From NCBI GenBank assembly GCA_036385045.1, contig DASVLC010000022.1:4034-68033 (forward strand): 64,000 nucleotides of DNA, in the 5' to 3' direction. A model generated the notes under the pieces. The model made no database searches. It saw only the letters and a program-made list of their open reading frames with translations, and was not told the origin of the DNA. Of this stretch, positions 35,858 through 44,583 are shown piece by piece. How positions within the stretch are numbered: position 1 is the first letter of the stretch; each line of letters opens with the position of its first letter. Source of the stretch: Thermoanaerobaculia bacterium. Lineage in GTDB: Bacteria; Acidobacteriota; Thermoanaerobaculia; Gp7-AA8. The position numbers were made by a program, and so were the translations under genes.

Positions 35858-36643
35858 GTGAACCAGACGACCCGCGTATCCATCACGCGATTTCCCCGGA
35901 ACCCCGGCTCGGAGGCTGCCGATACGGTTGTGGTCGAGGAACCGCTGGAGATCCGCGTAGGCCAGATGCCGGTCTCGGTCACCATGAGAACGCCTGGCGA
36001 CGATTTCGACCTCGCAGCAGGATTTCTCCTCACCGAATCGATCGTCCCGGATGCGGACCAGATCGAGACCGTCCGGCACTGGGGATCACCGAACGTCGTC
36101 AGGGTCGATCTTCGCCCGGGGGCCACACTCGACCTGCAGCGAATCAAGAGGAACTTCCGCTCGACATCGTCCTGCGGAGTCTGCGGAAAAGTCTCCATCG
36201 ACGCCTTGCGCGTTCACTCCTGCGCGGTGAAGTCACGATTCACGATCGCCGAAGCCGTCGTTCACAATCTCAGTTCGGCGGTCCGAAGGGAACAGAAGTC
36301 GTTCGAGGAGACCGGCGCAGTTCACGCAGCGGCGATCTTCAACGCTGAGGGAACGATCCTGCGTCTGCGCGAAGACATCGGACGTCACAACGCCGTCGAC
36401 AAGGTCATTGGCTCTCTGCTGCGGGAAGGTGCGTCACTGAGTGACACGCTGCTCTTCGTCAGCGGTAGATCGAGTTTCGAGATCCTGCAGAAGGCGGCGG
36501 TAGCACGCATCCCGATGGTAGCGGCCGTGGGAGCGCCCTCATCGCTCGCGATCGAGCTGTCAGAGGAATTCGGGATCACTCTACTCGGATTCGTCCGTGA
36601 CGGCAGATTCAATGTTTACTCTGGTGCCGAGAGGATTGGCTAG
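35858..36643 (+). CDS. fdhD: Formate dehydrogenase accessory sulfurtransferase FdhD
   Basis: SSCGVCGK and GRHNAVDKVIG motifs. The GTG 35858 start gives the usual length of about 260 aa. Confidence 0.85.
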   Translation: MNQTTRVSITRFPRNPGSEAADTVVVEEPLEIRVGQMPVSVTMRTPGDDFDLAAGFLLTESIVPDADQIETVRHWGSPNVVRVDLRPGATLDLQRIKRNFRSTSSCGVCGKVSIDALRVHSCAVKSRFTIAEAVVHNLSSAVRREQKSFEETGAVHAAAIFNAEGTILRLREDIGRHNAVDKVIGSLLREGASLSDTLLFVSGRSSFEILQKAAVARIPMVAAVGAPSSLAIELSEEFGITLLGFVRDGRFNVYSGAERIG

Positions 36644-36653
36644 ATCGACCCGA

Positions 36654-36831
36654 GTAGCGCCGTAGGCGCGATTGAGCTTAGCCCAGGACGCAGTCCTGGG
36701 CGCTTGTGTTCGAAGGAAGTCCCGTAGGGACGATTGAGGTCGGCATCAATCGTCCCTACGGGACTGTTGCTGAACGTACGTTCTCCCAGGACTGCGTTCT
36801 GGGCTAATGTCAATCGCGCCTACGGCGCTAC
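36654..36831. repeat. 178-bp nested palindromic element (family with 48750..48929)
   Basis: The ends gtagcgccgtaggcgcgattga and tcaatcgcgcctacggcgctac are perfect inverted repeats. Internal hairpins are cccaggacgcagtcctggg and gtccctacgggac. Confidence 0.85.
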
Positions 36832-36886
36832 GTGTCGGTTGGCGTCTAGACGACGCATGCCTGACTCAAACGCAGGTCCATCGCGT

Positions 36887-37225
36887 TCAGCCGCCAGCCC
36901 GCTCGAAGCGTCGCACCCTCTCGACCTTCGCGACACGTGTCGTGAACTCCGAATACCACGATTCCCGGCCGCCCTGCTGCGCGGTGAGATGCTCCGCGTT
37001 CTTTCGCCAGGCGGCGATGGCCGCCTCACTCTCCCAGTACGACACGGTGATCCCGAGCCCGTCTTCGCCTCGTGCGCTTTCGACTCCGAGAAAGCCGGCC
37101 TGCTGCGAGGCCAGCTCGACCATGCGTGTCGCCATATCGCCATATCCGCCGTCGAAGTCCGTTCGCAGCGACGTGAAAATGACCGCGTAATAGGGAGGCT
37201 CGGGTGTGTGTGCGGGTGCGCTCAC
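36887..37225 (-). CDS. Antibiotic biosynthesis monooxygenase (ABM/Dabb) domain protein
   Basis: 112 aa. YAVIFTSLR...GFLGVESAR...ITVSYWESEAAIAAWRKNAEH. Confidence 0.75.
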   Translation of the reverse strand: MSAPAHTPEPPYYAVIFTSLRTDFDGGYGDMATRMVELASQQAGFLGVESARGEDGLGITVSYWESEAAIAAWRKNAEHLTAQQGGRESWYSEFTTRVAKVERVRRFERAGG

Positions 37226-37230
37226 GGCTG

Positions 37231-39609
37231 CTACAGAAGCTCCTCGTACTTTTTCGGATTCGCCTCGCGCATCAGCTCATAGACGCTCGCGAAGATCGAT
37301 TCCCGACTCGGCTTCGACCAGTAGTCACCATCTGATCCATAGGCCGGTCGATGCGCTCTTGCGGCGATCGTACGCGGCTCGGAGTCGAGCCACTCATAGC
37401 CGCGATCGCGCTCGAGCACGTTCTGCATCATGAATGCGCTGGCACCACCGGGGACGTCCTCATCGATGAAGGCGATCCGATTGGTCTTCTTCAGAGACTC
37501 GACGATGACGCCCCGGACGTCGAACGGAAGAAGCGTCTGCACGTCGATCACCTCCACCTCGATCCCGACCTGAGCGAGCAGTTCAGCGGCGTCCAGAACG
37601 ATGCGCAGCGTGGCCCCGTAAGTCACGAGCGTCACGTCGCTCCCCTGCCGCATCACCTCGGGCACGCCCAGAGGCAGCGTGAAGTCCCCGATATTTGCAG
37701 GAAGCTTCTCTTTCGTCCGATAACCATTCAGCACTTCGACGACGATCGCCGGGTCATCAGAGCGGAGCAGCGTGTTGTAGAAACCGGCCGCCTGCGTCAT
37801 GTTCCGAGGGACGCATAGATACATTCCTCTCACGAGGTTGAGAATCCCGGCCATCTGCGAACCCGCATGCCAGATGCCTTCGAGCCGGTGCCCGCGGGTC
37901 CGGACGATAACCGGAGCCTGCTGCCCTCCGGCGGAGCGCCACCGCACCGTCGCCAGGTCGTCCGACATGAGCTGCAGCGCATAGAGCAGGTAATCGAGGT
38001 ACTGAATCTCGGCGATCGGCCGTAGTCCGCGCATCGCGGCACCGATGGCCTGCCCGAGGATCGTAACCTCGCGGATACCCATGTCGGTGACGCGCGCGAC
38101 TCCGAACTTCTCCTGAAGTCCGAGGCAGCCCTGATTGACGTCGCCCAGTTTTCCGACGTCCTCGCCGAAGATGATGATGCGGGGATCGCGGGCGAGCGCC
38201 TGATCGAAGCACTTGTTCAGAATCTCGAAGCCGTTGACTGTCTGGGCGTCGTCGCCGTATTCAGGGCGTACCTCTGCAATACGTATCGCTGCACGCTCGC
38301 TCTCGCTGTGGAGGTGTGCGGCGTAACGCTCGTCTCCCGCCTTCTGCTTCTCGCGCAGCCACGCCGCCGCTTCGCGATCCTTCGTGATGATCACCGCAGC
38401 CGCCACGGCCCGCATGGCATCGCGTCTGAAGGGCGCCTGTGCACGCTGCAGATCCTGCCGCAGCGTCTGCACGGCCGGCGTGTCGGCCGCCATCCGATCG
38501 AGCTGCGCCAGCGCCTGTCCCACTTCGGCGTCGATGTCCTGCCGATACGCTTCCCATGCACGCTTCTGCGCCTCGCGCACGACCTTCGTATCCTCGCTCT
38601 CCATCCGGTCGAGCTCCTCGACCGTAGAGATCCCCTGCCCGATCATCCACTCGCGCATTTTGCGGATGCAGTCGAAATCGACCTCCCATTGAAGGCGCTC
38701 TTTCGACTTGTACCGCTCGTGACTTCCCGACGTGGAGTGCCCCTGCGGTTGCGTCACCTCGGTCACGTGAATGATTGCCGGGACGTGCTCCATCCGGACA
38801 ATCGTCGCTGCGGCGATGTACGTCTCGCAGAGTACGGGGTAATCCCAGGCCTTCACGTTGTACAGATCGAAGCCGCGCTTCGATCTCGGCTCTCGCTGGA
38901 ATCCCTGCAACAGCGCCGATATATCGCCTTTGGTGACCTGATGCTCGTTCGGCACCGAAATGCCGTAGCCGTCGTCCCAGATGGAGACGACCATCGGAAT
39001 CGCGAGAACGCCTGCCGCATTCACCGACTCCCAGAACATCCCCTCGGCGCAGCTTGCATTGCCGATGGTTCCCCAGCCGATCTCATTACCGTTCTTCGAG
39101 AAGCTCTCGCTGTCCGGGATCCCCAGCTCGCGATAGAGCTTCGAGGCCCAAGCGAGGCCAACCAGCCTCGGCATCTGCGATCCTGTCGGAGACATGTCGG
39201 CCGAAACGTTGTACTCGGCCGTCTGATCCTTCCAGGCGCCCTGTTCGTCGAGGAAACGGGAGGCGAAATGTGCGTTCATCGACCGCCCGCCGGAGAACGG
39301 ATCGTGAGCCGCGTCGGCGTGGGCATAGAGCTGCGCGAAGAACTGCTCGAGTGTCGCGGCACCGAGGCTGAACATGAAGGTCTGGTCACGGTAGTAGCCG
39401 GAGCGCCAGTCGCCGCGCTGGAATGCACGGGCCCATGCGAGCTGCGCGACCTCTTTTCCGTCGCCGAAGATGCCGAACTTCGCCTTGCCGGTAAGAACCT
39501 CACGGCGGCCGACCAGGCTCGCCTGACGGCTCCGCACCGCTACGCGGTAGTCCTCGATGATGCTCTCGCGCGTGAACTGCGTGCGCGTCTGGGTCTCAGA
39601 TATCGACAC
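37231..39609 (-). CDS. Fused alpha/beta E1 component of a 2-oxoacid dehydrogenase (TPP-dependent)
   Basis: The N-terminal half is E1-alpha-like and the C-terminal half is transketolase-like (RVTDMGIREVTILGQAIGAAMRGLRPIAEIQYLDY). I placed the start at GTG 39609 behind GGAGAG, because the 39888 start would overlap the upstream gene. Confidence 0.8.
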   Translation of the reverse strand: MSISETQTRTQFTRESIIEDYRVAVRSRQASLVGRREVLTGKAKFGIFGDGKEVAQLAWARAFQRGDWRSGYYRDQTFMFSLGAATLEQFFAQLYAHADAAHDPFSGGRSMNAHFASRFLDEQGAWKDQTAEYNVSADMSPTGSQMPRLVGLAWASKLYRELGIPDSESFSKNGNEIGWGTIGNASCAEGMFWESVNAAGVLAIPMVVSIWDDGYGISVPNEHQVTKGDISALLQGFQREPRSKRGFDLYNVKAWDYPVLCETYIAAATIVRMEHVPAIIHVTEVTQPQGHSTSGSHERYKSKERLQWEVDFDCIRKMREWMIGQGISTVEELDRMESEDTKVVREAQKRAWEAYRQDIDAEVGQALAQLDRMAADTPAVQTLRQDLQRAQAPFRRDAMRAVAAAVIITKDREAAAWLREKQKAGDERYAAHLHSESERAAIRIAEVRPEYGDDAQTVNGFEILNKCFDQALARDPRIIIFGEDVGKLGDVNQGCLGLQEKFGVARVTDMGIREVTILGQAIGAAMRGLRPIAEIQYLDYLLYALQLMSDDLATVRWRSAGGQQAPVIVRTRGHRLEGIWHAGSQMAGILNLVRGMYLCVPRNMTQAAGFYNTLLRSDDPAIVVEVLNGYRTKEKLPANIGDFTLPLGVPEVMRQGSDVTLVTYGATLRIVLDAAELLAQVGIEVEVIDVQTLLPFDVRGVIVESLKKTNRIAFIDEDVPGGASAFMMQNVLERDRGYEWLDSEPRTIAARAHRPAYGSDGDYWSKPSRESIFASVYELMREANPKKYEELL

Positions 39610-39770
39610 GTCTACTCTCCGAATCGGGACGGCGGGAGAGGGACTGCCGGGAGGACGCGCGATTCCGCGCGCCTGTCCGGTCTCCAATCCGTCGTAATGG
39701 GCGATGCCGTGCGAGTCGGCGTACGCGAGAGTTGGGCTCGCCGCTCGGCTCCGAATCGTAGCACGCAGAG

Positions 39771-41192
39771 CTAGCGATCCAGCTCGGAGACGGCGATCGC
39801 CAGCATTGCCTGCACTCTCTCCGGAGAGGGGCTTTCGCAATAGATGCGGATGATGGGCTCGGTACCCGACCGACGGAAAAGGAGCCATGAACCGTCGTCG
39901 AAATTCAGCTTCACGCCGTCCACTTCCTCGAGATGCGACACGTCACCACCGAGGACTGCGTCGAGCTCACGCCGCCGGACTCTGTCGACCAGCGCCGCAC
40001 ACTGCTCCACCGGACGGCTGAGATCCCGTCGGTCGTAGTGGAGCTGTCCAAACTCCTGCTCCATCCCGGCGACGATTTCCGACAGAGGCATTCCATAGCA
40101 GGCGATCGCCTCGGCTACGAGCAATCCAGACAGGATTCCATCACGCTCAGGCATGAAGTGTCCGAAACCGATGCCTCCGCTCTCCTCGCCACCGATCAGG
40201 ACCTCGCGGGCAAGCATGAGGTCGGCAACATACTTGAAGCCGATCGCGGTTTCATGAAGGGTTGCGCCAAGGGCCGTGGCTACCCGCTCGACGAGGCGGG
40301 TCGTCGAGAACGTTTTCACCAGATCGCCGCGGAGCTTCTTCTCCCGCACGAGATAGAGAGCGAGCAGCGCAATCACCTTGTGCGGTGAAACGAACTCGCC
40401 TCGCTCATCGAGAATCCCGAGGCGGTCGGCATCGCCGTCGTTGCAGATGGCGAGAGCATAACGTCCCGACTGCATCGCGGCCCGGGCTGCGGCGAGGTTT
40501 TCCGGAATCGGCTCCGGGTTGACGCCGCCGAACGACGGGTTGATTTCTCCTCTGATCGTTTCGACGGTGGAGCCACCCTGACTCTCTCCCAGAACGCGCG
40601 CCGGAATCGACGCGGCGACACCATGAATCGGATCATGAAGAATGGCGAGGCCTGCAACGTTGACCTTTGCGACATCCAGATTCGCCCGAACGGCGTCGAT
40701 GTATTCGTCCAGCAGATTCGTTTCTTCGAGCGCGCCCCCCGCCCGCGTCTCGCGTTTGCCGAGACTGGCCGAGATGGCCGCGTAAGTCTCTGGAAGAGCC
40801 GAGCCGCCGTACCAGGCTTTGAATTTCAGCCCGTTGTAGCGAGCCGGATTGTGGCTGGCCGTGACCACGACTCCTCCCAGAACGCCTCGATTCCGGCACG
40901 CGAAAGAGATCGTCTGCGAGGGTGTCGGCTGGTCGGAGAGCATGACGCGAAATCCAGCGCCACGGAGCGACTCGGAGACTGTTCCGGCGAACTCACGGGA
41001 GAGGAATCGCCGGTCGTAGCCGACGAGCAGCGTATTGGCATCGACGCCGCGGGGCGGCGCCAGCCCGCGCGCCGCGACACCGATGGCGTCAGCAACGCGC
41101 GCAACCGACTCGAAAGTGAACTCCTCGGCGATAACAGCCCGCCATCCGTCGGTCCCGAATACGATCGATTGAGAGGCGGCCATGCGGCGCAT
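39771..41192 (-). CDS. Phosphoglucomutase/phosphomannomutase family protein
   Basis: Active-site loop VVTASHNPARYNGLKF, metal loop CNDGDADRL, and FGTDGWRA at the N-terminus. Confidence 0.85.
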   Translation of the reverse strand: MRRMAASQSIVFGTDGWRAVIAEEFTFESVARVADAIGVAARGLAPPRGVDANTLLVGYDRRFLSREFAGTVSESLRGAGFRVMLSDQPTPSQTISFACRNRGVLGGVVVTASHNPARYNGLKFKAWYGGSALPETYAAISASLGKRETRAGGALEETNLLDEYIDAVRANLDVAKVNVAGLAILHDPIHGVAASIPARVLGESQGGSTVETIRGEINPSFGGVNPEPIPENLAAARAAMQSGRYALAICNDGDADRLGILDERGEFVSPHKVIALLALYLVREKKLRGDLVKTFSTTRLVERVATALGATLHETAIGFKYVADLMLAREVLIGGEESGGIGFGHFMPERDGILSGLLVAEAIACYGMPLSEIVAGMEQEFGQLHYDRRDLSRPVEQCAALVDRVRRRELDAVLGGDVSHLEEVDGVKLNFDDGSWLLFRRSGTEPIIRIYCESPSPERVQAMLAIAVSELDR

Positions 41193-41201
41193 TGTAGGCC
41201 G

Positions 41202-41771
41202 TCAGCGGCCAAACCCACCGGAGAGAACCGGTCGTCGAGGTTCTCTTCGTTGCACTGCGATACCGTCCGGGCCTCCGACCACAGTCAGACCACCCGGCTC
41301 GGACGACGTCACACTCAAACGAGCCTGAGACTCCCACACTGGATCAGGGACCGGCGGCTGCGCGACAGTCGCCTCGTCAACTAGCCAATTCTCGCGCGCC
41401 ATCGGCTGCACGAGCATCGGGTCGGCAGACCGCTGGCCACCGGACACGACATAAGGATCGGCCTCAGTCACGACTTCCAGCGGTTTCTGCTCAACGACAG
41501 GAAGCTCTCGATTCACGAGGCGTCCGAAGTCCGAAGAGCCCGGCCCCCGCATCTCGGACCTGATTGTGATTCCCAGGAAGAGCACGGCAAGCGCGATTGC
41601 GACCAGGCCGAAGTTCTTCAAAGTCAGATAACGACGGCGTGCCCGTCTCTCAATGAGGGGAGCGTTAGAATCCGACCGGGAGTTAATGCCCGGGACCTTC
41701 CGTGAAGCGGGACGAAGCTCTCGCATGTCTGGATCTAGTTCAAACCAGCTGCCAGGAGGAAGTGTTGGCAA
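41202..41771 (-). CDS. Hypothetical single-pass membrane protein
   Basis: 189-aa ORF (TTG start, uncertain) with the TM FGLVAIALAVLFLGI. It ends 10 nt upstream of the PGM/PMM gene. Confidence 0.45.
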   Translation of the reverse strand: MPTLPPGSWFELDPDMRELRPASRKVPGINSRSDSNAPLIERRARRRYLTLKNFGLVAIALAVLFLGITIRSEMRGPGSSDFGRLVNRELPVVEQKPLEVVTEADPYVVSGGQRSADPMLVQPMARENWLVDEATVAQPPVPDPVWESQARLSVTSSEPGGLTVVGGPDGIAVQRREPRRPVLSGGFGR

Positions 41772-42814
41772 ACATTGGAATTATCGGGACGGGATGGGGT
41801 GCACGAGTACAGGTGCCGACGTTTCGCGAGGCAGGACTAGAGGTAGTGGCGCTCGCCGGTTTCCACAGGAACAAGACGCGTGCACTCGCTGCTGAGCTCG
41901 GCGGACTCCAACCGTACGACGACTGGCGGGATCTGGTGTCCGCCGCGGAGGTCGATTTCGTCTCGGTGGTGACACCTCCGAGCGAACATCGAGAGATGAG
42001 TCTGGCTGCCCTGGAAGCAGGTAAGCACATTCTTTGTGAGAAGCCAACGGCGATGAATGCGCTCGAAGCAGAGCACCTCGTCGCAGCAGCGAAGCGTTAC
42101 CCTGAGCTCGTTGCGCTGATCGACCACGAACTGAGGTTCCTCCCCTCCTGGCGCGAGGCTCGGGAGCGCATCAAAGAGCTCGGCCCCGTCCGTTATGCAG
42201 AGGTCCGGTATTCGAGTCCGGCTCGCGGTGCTCGCGACCGCGCATGGAACTGGTGGAGCGACGTGAATCGGGGTGGAGGGATCTGGGGTGCGGTCGGCTC
42301 ACATTTCGTCGATGCGCTCCGCTACTTCGGGATGGAGATCGAAGCGGTGCAGGCGATGCTGCGGACGATCATCGAGACCCGGCCTTTCGGTGAAGGCTCG
42401 AGGGAAGTGACCTCCGACGATTTCGCCTCCGTCGATCTGCGCCTGCGCGGAGGAGCGACAGCGGTGATGAACTTCAGTGCCGTCGCGTCGGGCCCCGATG
42501 AGGCGGCGGTCCTCTCGATCTACTGCGAGAACGGGGCGATGCGTTTCGTCGGCGAAGAAGTGCTGCTCTCGACCGGCGGATCGCCTTTCGAGACGATAGC
42601 TGGAGGCGCGATGGAGGACCGACCCGGTAACTCACCGGGCGGTGCGTTCGGCAGCGGAACGCTACATCTCGGTCGCGCGCTCCGTGCGGCTCTCGATGAA
42701 GGCGATCGGTCCGCGCTGGCGCCCGGGGCGACGTTCGAAGATGGCCTCATGCAACAGCGCGTACTCGACGCGGCGCGCCGATCGTCAAGTGCCGGGGGCT
42801 GGGTGACTGTCTGA
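41702..42814 (+). CDS. Gfo/Idh/MocA family oxidoreductase
   Basis: NIGIIGTGWGARVQVPTFREAG Rossmann N-terminus and EKP motif (ILCEKP). The true start is probably near 41762-41765, just after AGGAGG. Confidence 0.8.
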   Translation: MKRDEALACLDLVQTSCQEEVLANIGIIGTGWGARVQVPTFREAGLEVVALAGFHRNKTRALAAELGGLQPYDDWRDLVSAAEVDFVSVVTPPSEHREMSLAALEAGKHILCEKPTAMNALEAEHLVAAAKRYPELVALIDHELRFLPSWREARERIKELGPVRYAEVRYSSPARGARDRAWNWWSDVNRGGGIWGAVGSHFVDALRYFGMEIEAVQAMLRTIIETRPFGEGSREVTSDDFASVDLRLRGGATAVMNFSAVASGPDEAAVLSIYCENGAMRFVGEEVLLSTGGSPFETIAGGAMEDRPGNSPGGAFGSGTLHLGRALRAALDEGDRSALAPGATFEDGLMQQRVLDAARRSSSAGGWVTV

Positions 42815-43984
42815 GCTGACCAGCTTCCAGATCGCCGCAACGAAGAGTGCCGCAAACGCAGGCGCGATGAACCGGGCATCCGGCGGAGGATCGACGCCGA
42901 GGAAACGCAGCGGTTTCTCGGCGATCAGGAAAAGCGCCACGATCGAGACGACCGCGGGCACCGGCCACCGCAGGAGCCCGATCACCACGACAAGTGGCAG
43001 TACCAGATAGTGCGGCCAGACTACCAGTGCGGACATCAGGTAGATCAGCACCGCAATGCCGACGATGAGGACATCGTCCTGCCGCCGCGACTTCCAGATC
43101 GCGAGACAGGTCACAACGACGAGCGTCGCTGCGAGGGCATAACTGAGCCACGTTCCATAGGTCTCGAATAGCGTCAGCGCCGGAGTAACGTTGCCGTACT
43201 TTCGCGGTGGAAGGCGGTGATAGAACTCTCCGGCTCGAGAGACCCACTGGATCCAGACGCGGGGAGAACCGTAGAAGATGGATGCCGCTGCGAAGGCGAT
43301 GACGCCGCCGGCCGCACCGCCGGCGATTTCGAGCCTCAGGCGTTGCCAGTCTCTCCGCACCACTCTGGCGAACAGAATCAGAATGGGGATGAGGATCAGG
43401 TTTGGCTTGAATGCGATGAGCAGACCGATCACGGCGCCCGCAAGAAAAGGCGGTGCCACGAGGCTGGCGCCGACCGCCGCCAGCTGGATCGAGTTCACAT
43501 TTCCGACGCGCAGATCCGCCTCGAAGCCCCAGTAAGTGACTAGAAGGACAGCGAGTAACAGAAGCGAGACCGGCCAGGCGAGTCTCGCTGCGCGGCCCAG
43601 AAGGAGAACTCCAGCCGCGAACGCGGCCAGGAGCAAAGCGTGGTACTGCCGCAACGCGATCCGGTAATCACGGCTCAGCCAACCCAGACAGGTGTAGAGA
43701 AACGGGCTCGAGACGATGTCGATGTTGCGCCGGCGTTCCGAGTCGTATCGCCAGATGTCGAAGTCACTTTCCTGGCCGCGGGCGTAGAACTCTTCGCCAA
43801 TTCTCGCGTGCGTCTCACTGCTGTAGATGTTCTCGACATCCGCACGGCCCGCCAGCTGGACAGCCACGAAGTAGACGTAGAGATCGAGTCCCGCGAAGCG
43901 TTCACTCCGCTTCCAGACCACCACGATCGCGATCAGCACCGCCAGAATCGCGACTGCCGCGAAGATCCGCCCGCGCACCGCCAC
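42785..43984 (-). CDS. Polytopic membrane protein, GT-C-like (DUF2029/GT87-like glycosyltransferase candidate)
   Basis: About 10 TM helices. I placed the start at GTG 43984, because the longer ORF N-terminus is a translation of the decamer repeats. The family call is tentative. Confidence 0.5.
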   Translation of the reverse strand: MAVRGRIFAAVAILAVLIAIVVVWKRSERFAGLDLYVYFVAVQLAGRADVENIYSSETHARIGEEFYARGQESDFDIWRYDSERRRNIDIVSSPFLYTCLGWLSRDYRIALRQYHALLLAAFAAGVLLLGRAARLAWPVSLLLLAVLLVTYWGFEADLRVGNVNSIQLAAVGASLVAPPFLAGAVIGLLIAFKPNLILIPILILFARVVRRDWQRLRLEIAGGAAGGVIAFAAASIFYGSPRVWIQWVSRAGEFYHRLPPRKYGNVTPALTLFETYGTWLSYALAATLVVVTCLAIWKSRRQDDVLIVGIAVLIYLMSALVVWPHYLVLPLVVVIGLLRWPVPAVVSIVALFLIAEKPLRFLGVDPPPDARFIAPAFAALFVAAIWKLVSSDSHPAPGT

Positions 43985-43993
43985 ATGGTAGCG

Positions 43994-44098
43994 GAACGCC
44001 GTGGAACTCCAAGGAACTCCGAGGAACCCCGAGGAACCCCGAGGAACTCCGAGGAACTCCGAGGAACTCCGAGGAACTCCGAGGAACTCCGAGGAACC
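43994..44098 (+). repeat. Tandem decamer array (GGAACTCCGA, about 10 units)
   Basis: ggaactccaaggaactccgaggaaccccgaggaaccccgaggaactccgaggaactccgaggaactccgaggaactccgaggaactccgaggaacc. Confidence 0.9.
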
Positions 44099-44126
44099 GG
44101 AATCCCCGAGCCCCCGCGGCTCCTGC

Positions 44127-44341
44127 GCCGGAGGCGCTGTCGCCGGTAGCCAGGGGTCGGCGCGCAAGCGCCTACCCCTGGACTGTCGTCCGCAACGCGA
44201 AATCGTGCCCCGGCAGGGGCACCTGCTCCGCGTTGGGGCCGATGCGAGTGCCCCTGCCGGGGCACAGACCGGGGTCGCATGCTTTCCAGGGGTGGCGCGC
44301 AAGCGCGCAACCCCTGGCTACCGGCGACAGCGCCTACCGGC
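44127..44341. repeat. About 215-bp nested palindrome between the two decamer arrays
   Basis: gccggaggcgctgtcgccggtagccagggg pairs with cccctggctaccggcgacagcgcctaccggc (1 mismatch). Inner hairpins are ccaggggt..cgcgcaagcgc..cccctgg (twice) and gtgccccggcaggggcac / gtgcccctgccggggcac. Confidence 0.85.
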
Positions 44342-44378
44342 GCAGAGCCCGCGCCCAAGCCAGCCATTCAGCAACGCC

Positions 44379-44539
44379 GAACCCGAGGAACCCCGAGGTA
44401 CCGAGGAACTCCGAGGAACCGAGGAACCCGGAGGAACCCCGACGAACTCCGACGAACTCCGAGGAACCCCGAGGAACCCCGAGGAACTCCGAGGAACTCC
44501 GACGAACCCCGAGGAACTCCGAGGAACTCCGAGGAACTC
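44379..44539 (+). repeat. Tandem decamer array (about 16 units, variants GGAACCCCGA, CGAACTCCGA, 8-mers)
   Basis: Direct reading. The array abuts the A-run of the pnp terminator. Confidence 0.9.
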
Positions 44540-44571
44540 AAAAAAAAAGGGCCGGCGAAAATCGCCGGCCC
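44540..44571 (-). terminator. Intrinsic terminator of pnp
   Basis: gggccggcg-atttt-cgccggccc followed by nine U on the minus strand, 13 nt after the pnp stop. Confidence 0.85.
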
Positions 44572-44583
44572 TCAGGTCCAATG

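Noticed and set aside
43994-44539. Considered whether the tandem arrays could be a CRISPR array.
   Set aside because: The unit is only 10 bp with no unique spacers. No cas genes or leader are present, and the arrays are contiguous satellites rather than repeat-spacer structures.
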